From NCBI RefSeq assembly GCF_018350175.1, contig NC_058368.1, forward strand, positions 67,706,001 through 67,770,000: a DNA stretch of 64,000 bases. Direction: 5' to 3'. The DNA comes from Felis catus (taxonomy: Eukaryota). Positions 63,118-64,000 of the stretch are shown in pieces. The stretch's first letter is position 1, and each line of letters opens with the position of its first letter. The translations under genes were made by a program, and so were the position numbers. Under the pieces are notes generated by a model. That model did no database searches. It was not told where the DNA came from and worked only from the letters and a program-made list of their open reading frames with translations.

Positions 63118-63580
63118 TGTGTCTCATTTCTCTCTTGTATCATAGTAATTTCTTATTTAGTGTTTCACATATTTTTTTTTCAATATTTATACAGCATTTG
63201 CTACTATCTGTTACCCATGTTACTAAAACCACCATCATTTAACTCCTGTCATAGCTGAACTCCAGATCCCATAAACGGTTATTTATTTGATATCTCCATT
63301 TGGCAGTCCCATTAGTATTTTACATTTAACTTATCCAAAGCAGAACTCAGAATTCACCCTGAATCGCCAGACTCCCAATGTGTTTCACATTTATTTCCTC
63401 CTTTTCAATAAGTAAATAGATCCGTCAGCCTTCCTCTAGCTCAAACACAAACATCAGAATCATCTTTGATTCATTCCTTGTTTCCTCCCCTTATTCAACC
63501 CTTCATGAAGTCCTATCAATTTGACTTCCAACATTTATCTTGAATCCAGCCACTTTTCTCCATCTCTGCATCAGGCTACC
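62860..63580 (+). mobile_element. L2 fragments containing a (CT)n(GT)n compound microsatellite at 63058-63122
   Basis: tcttgaatccagccacttttctccatctctgc and gaatcatctttgattcattcct. Confidence 0.75.
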
Positions 63581-64000
63581 AAATCCAAGTATGGATCAAA
63601 TCCAAGTATGGTTCAAATCCAAATATGTCACTTAGCTGTGTGACCTTGAGTAATTAATGTCTGAAAGTCTTGGTTTCAGATGCAAAAGGAGATTTTTAAA
63701 GAAAAAAAGGCATCATTAAAAAAAATCTAAAAGTGTGGCTTTACTTATCAAGAGCCAAAGTCTCACTGAATGAGGAAACACGTGTACTGATTTGGTCTTT
63801 TTATCTCCCCCAAACTGATTTATTTTGAAGGGAGAAAGAAAGAGGAGTACTTAGATTCTCAGTGGAAGTGATATTAGTGCCTAGGAGGGGTGTCTTTACT
63901 GACCTTTTTTGGTGGGGGCAATGCTAGAGTTGTCTTGTAGTAATGTGACTTTCAAATATTCTACTATGTTCAGAAATGAGATTAGCCTTGATGTGTGGTA

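Noticed and set aside
63581..63627. 17-bp x2.7 tandem repeat
   Set aside because: Minor slippage at the edge of a MIR-like fragment; no sign of function.
31300..64000. HS6ST3 exon 1 or any other coding exon upstream of UGGT2
   Set aside because: No second CpG island and no ORF resembling a known protein; the short ORFs fall in repeats or look random.

Overview
Mammalian genomic DNA from a felid (cat family), judged by abundant tRNA-derived CanSINE/SINEC-Fc elements and carnivore-type L1 3' ends. The only protein-coding gene I can support is the 5' end of UGGT2 (UDP-glucose:glycoprotein glucosyltransferase 2) on the minus strand. Coding exons 1-4 lie at 30784-30633, 16067-15985, 7787-7657 and 7195-7083, all GT-AG and in phase, and the gene continues off the left edge. 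It has a CpG-island promoter with ETS/GABP and NRF1 motifs. Positions ~31.3-64 kb are upstream intergenic DNA; by recalled human synteny HS6ST3 should follow beyond the right edge, but none of it is visible. Intron 1 holds an LTR-int-LTR MaLR (MLT1) element and a decayed class I ERV (gag end-pro-pol-env remnant-3' LTR) nested in an L1 and interrupted by five SINEs. The rest is SINEs, L1/L2 fragments, solo LTRs, DNA-transposon MITEs and simple repeats. I found no convincing novel biological system. The most unusual structures are a head-to-head double-poly(A) L1 palindrome with internal fold-backs, a dispersed 62-bp duplication, the L1/ERV nested deletion, a phase-symmetric exon 2-4 block flanked by inverted SINEs, and a strong CTCF-like site. 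Repeat family names are from recall, and repeat boundaries are approximate unless a TSD is quoted.
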